From Planctomycetia bacterium (GTDB lineage: Bacteria; Planctomycetota; Planctomycetia; Gemmatales; Gemmataceae), in the NCBI GenBank assembly GCA_005799265.1, contig SYHD01000215.1, forward strand, positions 22,984 to 86,983: a stretch of DNA of 64,000 nt. The letters are read 5' to 3'. Shown here in pieces: positions 27,807-35,929 of this stretch; positions within the stretch are counted from its first letter, which is position 1, and every line of letters begins with the position of its first letter. Under the pieces are notes generated by a model. It was not told where the DNA came from, ran no database searches, and was given only the letters and a program-made list of their open reading frames with translations. The translations under genes and the position numbers were made by a program.

Positions 27807-30800
27807 CTATTTCCGCTCGTTCAGTGGCTGTCCCGAACGCAGATACCCGAACAGATCGCGTACCTCCTGATCGCTCAGGCCGTTGAGCAACCCTTCCGGC
27901 ATCAGCGAGATGCCGCTGCCCACCAACTCGGCGATGTCGTCCTTCGGCAGCACGACCCGCTGTCCGTCGGACGTTCGCAGGACCACGACGCGGGCGTCCT
28001 TCTCGATAACGATGCCCGTCAGCGTGCGGCCGTTCTCGGTGATGACGACCGAGCTTTCGTAGCCCTCGCGAATCTCGGCGTTCGGGTTGACGATATGCAG
28101 AAGCAGGTTCGCCACGTCGTCGCGTTTGAACACCGTCAAATCTGGGCCGACGATGCCGCCCCGGGCATGCAGGGTGTGGCAATTGGCGCAACGGGCCGTG
28201 TACAGTTTTTTACCCACATACGGATCCGCCTTGCCTTCCTGGACAAACACGGCGAGACGATCGATTTGTTTGCGCATCTGCTCTGTCGTGGCGCCTTTGA
28301 CCTCGCCGAAGTTTTTCTTGACGAGATTGGCGATCGCGTCGTCGCGATGTAAGAGGAGCTTGCGCAGCGTCGCCAACGGCACGGAATTCGGCTCGATCTT
28401 GCCCGCATCGACGGCCTGCACGAACTGCCGGCTCCATTCGCGCCGCCCGACCAGCAGCGATTCGGCGACCTCGCGCGTCTCGCCTGTCAAGCTCGGCAAG
28501 CGATTGACGACCTCGACGCCGATCTTATCGTCCTTGTATGCTTGCAGGGAGCCGAGCGTCGCTTTCTGGATCGCATCGGATTCCTTGTTTGACAAAAGCG
28601 CAAGCAATGGCTCAACGCAGCGCGGCTGTTTTGATTCGCCGAAGATGTCGATCAGCTCGACGCGATCAACGAGAGGCGTCTTCGGGTTCTGAATCATGGC
28701 GAGCGCTTTGGCGATCGCGTCGTCCTTGCCTTGACGCACGCCGAACGCGATCGAGCCGCCGCCGAGATTGGCGATCTCATTGAGCAATTCGTTTGGCAAC
28801 CCCGCGATCGAACGCCCCTTGAACGCCTCCTCGAAGCCCTTGAGCAGTATGGCGCCGTGTTTCTTTTCCGGTGCGAGGCGGAACAGCTCGACACACGTCT
28901 GATAGTCCTTCTGCGAACCGGCCATTGCGTAGCGTTTCATCAAGCGCGACAGGATCGTTTCCTCGGCGATCTTCGCCCGCCAAAGTGTCGATTCGCGGAA
29001 CATATCGAGCACCTTGTCGCGATCCTTCTCGCAATGCGCCTCGATTGCCCACCACAAAAGCAGCGGCACATGGATATCGGCGGCGTCCTCATCGCGCATT
29101 AACAAGCTTTGCACGACAGGCAATCCCTCGCTCGCTGACAGTCGTTTCGCGCTCGCGGCGAACTGACTGCGGGCCTGAACGCTCCGCTCGGCACGGGCTA
29201 ACTCGGTCAGTTTCAGCGCGATCTTGCTGCCGAGCCGATGATCGTCGCCGAGCAGACGCACCGTCCAGGCGCGCACCTGCGGTTCCGGATGCGTGAGCGC
29301 GCGTTCCGCGAGGGCCGCATCGAATCCGCCGCTGAGATTGATCGCCCACAGGCATTCCAGTGCGAACTGCCCCTTGCTGGCGAAAAGATGCGTGTTGAGC
29401 GTGGGCAGCACCGAACGGTCCTTGCGATCGCCGAAAAGTCGCTGGGCCATTTCGCGTTCCCAGCGACTGTCGCACTTGAGCAGTTCGATAAGCTCCGCCG
29501 ACGTCTTCTTGCTGAGATCGATCGACTTGCGATGTTTCGCGTCTTTTGCGGAGAGCCGGTAAATGCGACCAGAGTCGCGATCGATAACGCCATCGTTGTG
29601 GCCGAGGTGCGCGATCTTCGCTTCGTAGAAGTCGGCGACGAAGAGCGAGCCGTCGGGCGCCGGCTTGATGTCGACGGGGCGAAACCACGTGTCGCTGCTG
29701 GATACAATCGGGCCGAGGTCCTTTGTCTCATAAGACGAGCGATCCGCCTTCACCTCGCTCAGCATCACGCGGCTGTGCAACGGCTCGACGCCGAACAGCT
29801 TGCCGCGATATTGGCCGGGCAAGCCGTCGGCCTCGTTGATGACGAAGGTGTGCGTGAATCGTTGCGATTTGTTCGCCTTCATCGCCTCGAAGAAGCCGAA
29901 CGAAAAGGGATTGGCGAGCACGCCATGCTTCTCGAAGCCCTTGCGATACGACGCGCCTTGCACGTAATGGAAGCCGCGCGTATCGCCGCCGTTGTGCCCG
30001 GAGAAGACGCGGCCCTTCTCGTCGATCTCGACGCCGAAGGCATTGCCGCCGCCTTCCGCGTAGATCTCGAAACGTTTCTTTTCGGGATGATAACGCCACA
30101 TGTGCTGCCCAATCATCTGAATCGGTTTTTCTTTCACTCCCGGCCTCGTCACGTGTGCGGAGACGGTGCTGCCGTGCGCGCCATAAAGCCAGCCATCGGG
30201 GCCCCAGCGCAGGTTGCTGGCGCAGGAGTGCGTGTCTTCGAGGCCGAAGCCTTGCAGATGCACGATCGGATCGCCTGCGGGGGCATCCACGCCGTCCTTC
30301 ATCGGATAAAACAGCAGATAGGGAGGATTCAGTACCCACAAGCCGCCGCGGCCGCGCACCACCGACGTGACGATGTTGAGCCCTTCGAGGAAGACCGTGT
30401 GCTTGTCGAAGACGCCGTTGCCCTGTGTGTCCTCGTGAATGCTGATGACGTCCCTGCCGCGAAATTCGCTGCCGACGCGATGAGGCGGCGGCGGCGGAAT
30501 TTTGTCATAAACGACGCGCCAGAAAATATCACGGCTCAGGACTTTCAAGCCCGCCGGATGCGGATATTGCAGGTACTGCACGACCCACAGCCGGCCGCGT
30601 TCATCGAACGAGAGCGACAGCGGTTGCCTGACGGTCGGCTCCGCAAGCACCTGCTCGAAGCGAAGATCGTCGGCGACCTTGAACGACTTCACGGCATCGG
30701 CGGGCGCAAGCTTCGGCATCGGCGCCTTCGGATCCTTGCCGGTTTGCGCCCCGGATTGCCCGACGAAGCCGATGAGGACGTGAAGGATGAGCGCGGCTAC

Positions 30801-30812
30801 AATTCGTTTCAT
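27807..30812 (-). CDS. PVC-type haem-binding CxxCH protein (beta-propeller dehydrogenase-like domain + HEAT-like repeats + C-terminal cytochrome c)
   Basis: ATG 30812 gives MKRIVAALILHVLIGFVGQSGAQ. N-terminal propeller (RGGLWVLNPPYLLFY). A long helical-repeat middle. C-terminal GKKLYTARCANCHTLHARGGIVGPDLT. Confidence 0.75.
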   Translation of the reverse strand: MKRIVAALILHVLIGFVGQSGAQTGKDPKAPMPKLAPADAVKSFKVADDLRFEQVLAEPTVRQPLSLSFDERGRLWVVQYLQYPHPAGLKVLSRDIFWRVVYDKIPPPPPHRVGSEFRGRDVISIHEDTQGNGVFDKHTVFLEGLNIVTSVVRGRGGLWVLNPPYLLFYPMKDGVDAPAGDPIVHLQGFGLEDTHSCASNLRWGPDGWLYGAHGSTVSAHVTRPGVKEKPIQMIGQHMWRYHPEKKRFEIYAEGGGNAFGVEIDEKGRVFSGHNGGDTRGFHYVQGASYRKGFEKHGVLANPFSFGFFEAMKANKSQRFTHTFVINEADGLPGQYRGKLFGVEPLHSRVMLSEVKADRSSYETKDLGPIVSSSDTWFRPVDIKPAPDGSLFVADFYEAKIAHLGHNDGVIDRDSGRIYRLSAKDAKHRKSIDLSKKTSAELIELLKCDSRWEREMAQRLFGDRKDRSVLPTLNTHLFASKGQFALECLWAINLSGGFDAALAERALTHPEPQVRAWTVRLLGDDHRLGSKIALKLTELARAERSVQARSQFAASAKRLSASEGLPVVQSLLMRDEDAADIHVPLLLWWAIEAHCEKDRDKVLDMFRESTLWRAKIAEETILSRLMKRYAMAGSQKDYQTCVELFRLAPEKKHGAILLKGFEEAFKGRSIAGLPNELLNEIANLGGGSIAFGVRQGKDDAIAKALAMIQNPKTPLVDRVELIDIFGESKQPRCVEPLLALLSNKESDAIQKATLGSLQAYKDDKIGVEVVNRLPSLTGETREVAESLLVGRREWSRQFVQAVDAGKIEPNSVPLATLRKLLLHRDDAIANLVKKNFGEVKGATTEQMRKQIDRLAVFVQEGKADPYVGKKLYTARCANCHTLHARGGIVGPDLTVFKRDDVANLLLHIVNPNAEIREGYESSVVITENGRTLTGIVIEKDARVVVLRTSDGQRVVLPKDDIAELVGSGISLMPEGLLNGLSDQEVRDLFGYLRSGQPLNERK

Positions 30813-30826
30813 GTTGAATCCGTATT

Positions 30827-30844
30827 CGTTTAGCGTTCGCAGTA
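30827..30844. repeat. PAL-1 half-element (left arm only: CGTTTAGCGTTCGCAGTA)
   Basis: Matches the arm of 20231-20289. In minus orientation, GCGAACGCTAAACG ends 14 nt upstream of ATG 30812. Confidence 0.5.
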
Positions 30845-30931
30845 TCACTCGCGAGTAAGAGATCCCATTGCCACTATTCGACCGTTTCACGAAGAAAAGA
30901 GCAACGAAGAAATCGGAAAGGTGGGACCCTA

Positions 30932-32020
30932 ATGCGGAATCGAATCCTCGGTAAAACCGACCTCGTCGTCAGCGAGCTTGCGTTCGGCAGCCTCTTCACC
31001 TCGTCCTTGGGCCCCGGCTTCGATGAAAGCCGCGCCGCTGTTCACAAGGCGCTCGAACTCGGCATCAACTACTTCGACACTGCGCCCGCCTACGCCAATA
31101 GCGAGGAGGTGCTCGGAAAAATTATGCACGGCATCAAGACGCCGACGATTCTCTCGACCAAACTCGGCGGCCGCCCGCAACCGTTCGAGCCGCGCAACTC
31201 GAAACAATTGCTCGACTCCGCCAAGGAAAGTCTGCGGCTGTTGCACCGCGACGTCATCGACATTCTATTCGTGCACGAGCCGGATCGCCCGCAACAATAC
31301 GATTGGTGGAGCGACCCCGAAGCGGCCTACGGTCCTGTCATCGATGTGCTAGAGCAGCTCAAGAAGCAAGGAGTGATTCGCTACACGGGCCTGGGCGGCA
31401 CGACGATGGCTGAGATGGCGCATCTCATTCGCTCAGACCGCTTCGATGTCGTCCTGACCGCGTTCAACTACAGCGCCCTCTTTCGCGAGGCGACGCACGA
31501 GGTTCTGCCCGCCGCGAAAGAGCGCAACATGGGCATCGTGCTGGGCTCCGTCTTGCAGCAAGGCGGGCTGGGCAGGCGTTATGACGTCGTGGTTCGCGCG
31601 AAGCCGGCGTGGCTGTCGAAAGCACGGCAGCAGCAGTTCCTCGCGTTCTATGAGCTGCTTGACGAGAGCGGGTTATCGATTGTCGAATTGTGCTTGCGCT
31701 TCGCGATTTCGGAAATCACACAGTTAGCCGGACGCGCAAGCGACGGACCGGGCCATCCGTCGCTTGCGCGTCCGGCTAACAATCTGGGCCATTGCGTGCT
31801 CATCGGCCCGAAGACGGCGAAGCAGGTCGAGGATTCCATCAATGCAGTCGAGAAGGGCCCGTTGCCGTCGGATGTGACGAAGCGGCTCGATGAGATCGCG
31901 GCGATGGTGCCGTATCGTCCATTCGAGGAGCCGATGATTCTGCCGCTCAATCGGCCGCGCGATTATTGGGGGCCGGGAAGTTCGAACGTCGGCGCTGGGG
32001 CGAAGGTCGGTAAGCTGTGA
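30932..32020 (+). CDS. Aldo/keto reductase carrying a 20-codon palindrome-derived insertion
   Basis: AKR motifs are present: NYFDTAPAYANSE (Asp/Tyr), LSTKLG (Lys), FVHEPD (His) and C-terminal CVLIGPKTAKQVEDSI. Residues QLAGRASDGPGHPSLARPAN are encoded by repeat 31721-31780. Confidence 0.85.
   Translation: MRNRILGKTDLVVSELAFGSLFTSSLGPGFDESRAAVHKALELGINYFDTAPAYANSEEVLGKIMHGIKTPTILSTKLGGRPQPFEPRNSKQLLDSAKESLRLLHRDVIDILFVHEPDRPQQYDWWSDPEAAYGPVIDVLEQLKKQGVIRYTGLGGTTMAEMAHLIRSDRFDVVLTAFNYSALFREATHEVLPAAKERNMGIVLGSVLQQGGLGRRYDVVVRAKPAWLSKARQQQFLAFYELLDESGLSIVELCLRFAISEITQLAGRASDGPGHPSLARPANNLGHCVLIGPKTAKQVEDSINAVEKGPLPSDVTKRLDEIAAMVPYRPFEEPMILPLNRPRDYWGPGSSNVGAGAKVGKL
31723..31780. repeat. Palindromic repeat, PAL-2, intragenic in-frame copy (in AKR gene)
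   Basis: Perfect 25-nt arms GTTAGCCGGACGCGCAAGCGACGGA / TCCGTCGCTTGCGCGTCCGGCTAAC with an 8-nt loop CCGGGCCA. Confidence 0.95.
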
Positions 32021-32022
32021 TT

Positions 32023-32074
32023 CGTTTAGCCGCGGTTCGCAGAGCCGAGCGGTTCTACGAACCGCGGCTAAACG
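32023..32074. repeat. Palindromic repeat, PAL-1 subfamily b
   Basis: CGTTTAGCCGCGGTTCGCAGA-gccgagcggt-TCTACGAACCGCGGCTAAACG, 21-nt arms with 1 mismatch. Lies between convergent genes. It contains the TAG stop (32068-32070) of the DUF1501 gene. Confidence 0.95.
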
Positions 32075-33504
32075 AGGATCTGATTGACAACCCGTGCTGG
32101 CTCGACGCCGGTCAAACGCATGTCCAATCCCTGATGGCGGTACGTCAAACGCGTGTGATCGATGCCCAGCGTGTGCAGCATGGTTGCGTGCAGATCGCGC
32201 ACGTGGACCGGGTTTTCGACAGCGCGATAACCCAACTCGTCGGTCGCGCCATAGGTGACGCCCCCCTTGATGCCGCCGCCCGCGAGCCACATCGAGTAGC
32301 CGCGGATGTGATGGTCGCGGCCTGGCGCTGAGCCCTTGAATTGCACCATTGGCGTGCGGCCGAACTCACCGCCCCAAATGATAAGCGTATCGTCGAGCAT
32401 GCCGCGAGCCTTGAGATCGCGAACAAGCGCGGCGGAGGGGCCGTCGCAATGGCCGGCGCAGATGCGCATGGTGTTGACGATGCTATCGTGCGTGTCCCAG
32501 TCGCGATGGTAGAGCTGGATGAAGCGGACACCGCGCTCGGCCAAACGACGTGCGAGTAGGCAATTATAGCCGAAGCTGCCGTCGGCCGCGCTGACGCCGT
32601 ACATCTCCTTGACGTGGCGAGGCTCGTTGGCGATGTCCATCAGCTCCGGCACGCTCGTTTGCATGCGGAAGGCCATCTCGTACTGGGCAATGCGCGTCTC
32701 GACTTCGGGATTGCGCGAGCGCTCGTTTTGCACCAGATTCAAGTCGCGAATCGCATCAATCGAGTCACGTTGCAAATTGCGTGATACGCCTGGCGGATTG
32801 CTCAGGTAGTGAACCGGATCGCCCGTGGAAGAGAATGGCACGCCCTGGTAGCGCCCCGGCAGAAAGCCCGCCGCCCATTGACGCTGCGAAATCGGCTGTG
32901 GATTGCGGCCGCCGAAGCTCGTCAACACGATGAAGCCGGGCAGGTTGTCGCTTTCGCTGCCCAGGCCGTAGGTGATCCACGAGCCCATGCTTGGCCGGCC
33001 GGAGATCTGCGTGCCGGTGTTCATCAGCGTGTGGGCGGGATCGTGATTGATCTGATCGGTGTGCATCGAGCGGACGATGGCGATGTCGTCGGCGATGCGG
33101 CTGATGTTCGGCAAAAGCTCTGATATCTCTTGCCCCGACTGCCCGGCCCGACGAAAGCGAAACTGTGGCGCGAAACATTTTAGCTCGGCGTTTTGAAGCT
33201 GGGCGATCGGCTGGCCGCGCGTGAACGATTCCGGCATCGGTTGCAGGTGTAGGCGCGCGAGCGCCGGCTTGTGATCGAACAATTCCAGATGCGACGGGCC
33301 GCCGGACATGTACAGGAAGATGACGCGCTTTGCCGTCGGCGCGAAGTGCGGCAAGTTGTTAGCCGAACGCGCAAGCGACGGCTGGGCTTGTTCGTCGCTT
33401 GCGCGTCCGGCTAACGTCATTGACGCCAGGGCTGCGGCGCCGAAGCCGATGGACGAGTCGCCGAGGAAGGCGCGGCGCGTGAGGTTGAGCTTCGTGTTGT
33501 ACAT
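32068..33504 (-). CDS. DUF1501 family protein (sulfatase-like, Tat signal) carrying a 20-codon palindrome-derived insertion
   Basis: ATG 33504 after GGAGAT. TRRAFLGD twin-arginine motif. SGGPSHLELFDHKP, HRDWDTH and GGEFGRTP motifs. Residues TLAGRASDEQAQPSLARSAN are encoded by repeat 33358-33417. Confidence 0.85.
   Translation of the reverse strand: MYNTKLNLTRRAFLGDSSIGFGAAALASMTLAGRASDEQAQPSLARSANNLPHFAPTAKRVIFLYMSGGPSHLELFDHKPALARLHLQPMPESFTRGQPIAQLQNAELKCFAPQFRFRRAGQSGQEISELLPNISRIADDIAIVRSMHTDQINHDPAHTLMNTGTQISGRPSMGSWITYGLGSESDNLPGFIVLTSFGGRNPQPISQRQWAAGFLPGRYQGVPFSSTGDPVHYLSNPPGVSRNLQRDSIDAIRDLNLVQNERSRNPEVETRIAQYEMAFRMQTSVPELMDIANEPRHVKEMYGVSAADGSFGYNCLLARRLAERGVRFIQLYHRDWDTHDSIVNTMRICAGHCDGPSAALVRDLKARGMLDDTLIIWGGEFGRTPMVQFKGSAPGRDHHIRGYSMWLAGGGIKGGVTYGATDELGYRAVENPVHVRDLHATMLHTLGIDHTRLTYRHQGLDMRLTGVEPARVVNQILV
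33358..33415. repeat. Palindromic repeat, PAL-2, intragenic in-frame copy (in DUF1501 gene)
   Basis: 23-nt arms 33358-33380 / 33393-33415 with one mismatch (A versus G); the 12-nt loop is GCTGGGCTTGTT. Confidence 0.9.
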
Positions 33505-33534
33505 GGACTTATCTCCGAGCCGCATGTGGCGAAA

Positions 33535-35862
33535 TCAGTTTCGCGTCAAAGCCTCATCGAGATTGAACAGCACGCGTGCCACGTTTGTCCATGCCGCCAG
33601 TTCGACGACGTTGACGCCGTCCGCCCGCGGCGTCTGGCCTACGCTCACGAGCTTGGCCGCAGCGGCGGGATCAGCGGCGAAGTGCTTGTGGCTCTGCGCG
33701 AGCAGTCTGCCAACGAGGGCAGCCTCGCGATCTTGCGGCGAGCGCGACAGCACTTGCCGCCACGCCCAGCGGATGCGTGCGGCTTCGTCGTTGCCGCCCT
33801 CGCGCAGGATGCGCGTTGCGAACACGCGTGAGCATTCGGCGAACGTCGGATCGTTCAACAGCACGAGCGCGGCGAGCGGCGTATTGCTGATCGGCCGCTG
33901 GGCAGTGCATTCTTCGCGCGTCGGGGCGTCGAACGCCTTCAGCATCGGGTGCAGATAGGTGCGCTGCCAATGGGTGTAGACGCCGCGGCGGTATTGATCA
34001 AGCCCCTTGTCGGCGACGTAGGTCCGTTTCGGGAAGTTGAGGAATGCATAATAGCCGTCTGGCTGTTGCGGCCTCACGCTGCGTCCGCCGACGCGATCAA
34101 CCAGAAGCCCACTGACGACGAGCGACTGATCGCGAATCATCTCCGCCGGCAAACGAAAACGCGACTGGCGCGCGTAGAGACGGTTATCGGGATCGAGCTT
34201 GCGGAGTTCGTCGGATTCGAGCGAGTCCTGGCGATAGGTGCTTGAGGTAACGAGAAGCTTGACGAGCTGCTTGACATTCCAACCGCTGGCGACGAATTCG
34301 ATCGCGAGCCAATCGAGCAGCTCCGGGTGGGTTGGCCATTCACCCTGCGAGCCCGCGTCCTCCAGTGATTTCGACAGACCGTTGCCGTGGAAGAGGTACC
34401 ACAGGCGATTGACGAACACGCGCGCCGTCTGCGGATGTTCGGGCGATGTGAGCCATTTCGCGAGGTCGAGGCGAGTTGCGCGGTCCTTCCTGGCAATCTG
34501 CTTCATGAACTGAGGCACGCCGGGCTGGACAAGTTCGCCCTTGGTGTCCAGCCAGTCGCCGCGGCTGAGAACGCGAATCGTGCGCGGTGCGACGGCTTTC
34601 GTGATCATCGTCATGCGCTGGCGTTTTTCGAGCTCGGCCAGCAGCTTCTTTTGCGCGGCTAGCTCTTCCACGGCATCGGCTTTGAGTCCGGCGATGCGTT
34701 TGCGCACGGACTCAACTTCCTCACGATCAAGCGGCGACAGTACGTCGATCTCCGGCGGGCGTTTGGTGGGCGTCGCGTCGGGGCCCTTGTAGGCGCCGCG
34801 TTCGTCGATGTCGGCAAAAAACGCGGCGATGCGATAGAAGTCCTTCTGGGTGTACGGATCGTAGCGATGATTGTGGCACTGGGCGCAGCCGATGGTCGCG
34901 CCCATCCACACGGCGCCGAAGTTGCGCACGCGGTCCGCGGAGTAGATTGCGAGGTACTCCTTGTCTTGCGCCCCGCCTTCATGCGTCGTCTGCAGCAAGC
35001 GATTGTAGCCCGTCGCGATGAGCTGATCGGTCGTCGGCTGCGGCAACAAATCCCCGGCGAGTTGCTCCACCGTAAAGCGATCGAAAGGCATGTTGTCGTT
35101 GAACGCCTTGAGAACGTAATCGCGATAAGGCGAGATGTGATGTTCCTGATCGCCGTGATAGCCCACCGTGTCGGCGTAGCGCACCAGGTCGAGCCAGTAC
35201 ATCGCCATGCGTTCGCCGTAGTGCGGCGATGACAACAGGGCATCGACGAGCCGTGCGTAGGCGTCGGGCCGCGCGTCCTTGACGAATGCCTCAACCTGAG
35301 CCGGGGATGGCGGCAGCCCGAGCAGGTCGAAATAAAGCCGGCGCATCAACATGGCCTTGTCGGCTTCCGGCGACGGCGAGACCCCATGCTGGTCGAGCCG
35401 GGCCAGGATGAACGCGTCGATTGGATTGCGTGGCCACGCACCAGCCAGCTTACGCTGGCCGTTCGCCTTGGGCACATCTGGGCGTTTGGGAGGCGCGAAC
35501 GACCAGTGAAGTTGGAATGCGCCGCCTTGGTCGATCCAACGGCGAATCAACTCGATCTCCGCCTTTGTCAGGGTCTTGCCCGATTTCTTGGGCGGCATGC
35601 GTTTGTCGGCGTCGTCGGTGGTGATGCGCGCGAACAGGTCGCTCTCGGCGGGCTTGCCGGCGACGATGACTTTGGCGCCTTCGTCGGTGTCGAGCCGTAG
35701 CTTGGCCTTGCGATGCGTCGAATCGGGACCGTGGCACTGGAAGCACTTATCCGAGAGGATGGGACGGATATCACGGTTGAATTCGACTTTGGGCGCGGAT
35801 TGGGCATGCGCGCCCAGCGGCAAACAAATGAAAACCACCAGAGTGCAGAGCCGGTGAATCAT
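33535..35862 (-). CDS. PSCyt (planctomycete cytochrome c) + DUF1549 + DUF1553 protein
   Basis: Signal peptide, then ILSDKCFQCHGPD (CxxCH). NPIDAFILARL (DUF1549-like). C-terminal FDAPTREECTAQRPISNTPLAALVLLNDP (DUF1553-like). Lies directly upstream of the DUF1501 gene, the classic pairing. Confidence 0.85.
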   Translation of the reverse strand: MIHRLCTLVVFICLPLGAHAQSAPKVEFNRDIRPILSDKCFQCHGPDSTHRKAKLRLDTDEGAKVIVAGKPAESDLFARITTDDADKRMPPKKSGKTLTKAEIELIRRWIDQGGAFQLHWSFAPPKRPDVPKANGQRKLAGAWPRNPIDAFILARLDQHGVSPSPEADKAMLMRRLYFDLLGLPPSPAQVEAFVKDARPDAYARLVDALLSSPHYGERMAMYWLDLVRYADTVGYHGDQEHHISPYRDYVLKAFNDNMPFDRFTVEQLAGDLLPQPTTDQLIATGYNRLLQTTHEGGAQDKEYLAIYSADRVRNFGAVWMGATIGCAQCHNHRYDPYTQKDFYRIAAFFADIDERGAYKGPDATPTKRPPEIDVLSPLDREEVESVRKRIAGLKADAVEELAAQKKLLAELEKRQRMTMITKAVAPRTIRVLSRGDWLDTKGELVQPGVPQFMKQIARKDRATRLDLAKWLTSPEHPQTARVFVNRLWYLFHGNGLSKSLEDAGSQGEWPTHPELLDWLAIEFVASGWNVKQLVKLLVTSSTYRQDSLESDELRKLDPDNRLYARQSRFRLPAEMIRDQSLVVSGLLVDRVGGRSVRPQQPDGYYAFLNFPKRTYVADKGLDQYRRGVYTHWQRTYLHPMLKAFDAPTREECTAQRPISNTPLAALVLLNDPTFAECSRVFATRILREGGNDEAARIRWAWRQVLSRSPQDREAALVGRLLAQSHKHFAADPAAAAKLVSVGQTPRADGVNVVELAAWTNVARVLFNLDEALTRN

Positions 35863-35929
35863 GAGTCTACCTTGCCCGCTTGCGAATTAGCGAGCGCATG
35901 GCGCCAGTCGAGCGCCAAGCCGCACGCGG

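Noticed and set aside
29238-30833. 531-aa plus-strand ORF. The same applies to 11252-12256, 35972-37060, 15457-16110, 48287-49051 and similar.
   Set aside because: All are antisense shadows of motif-supported genes on the opposite strand, and none has an RBS, signal peptide or motif of its own.
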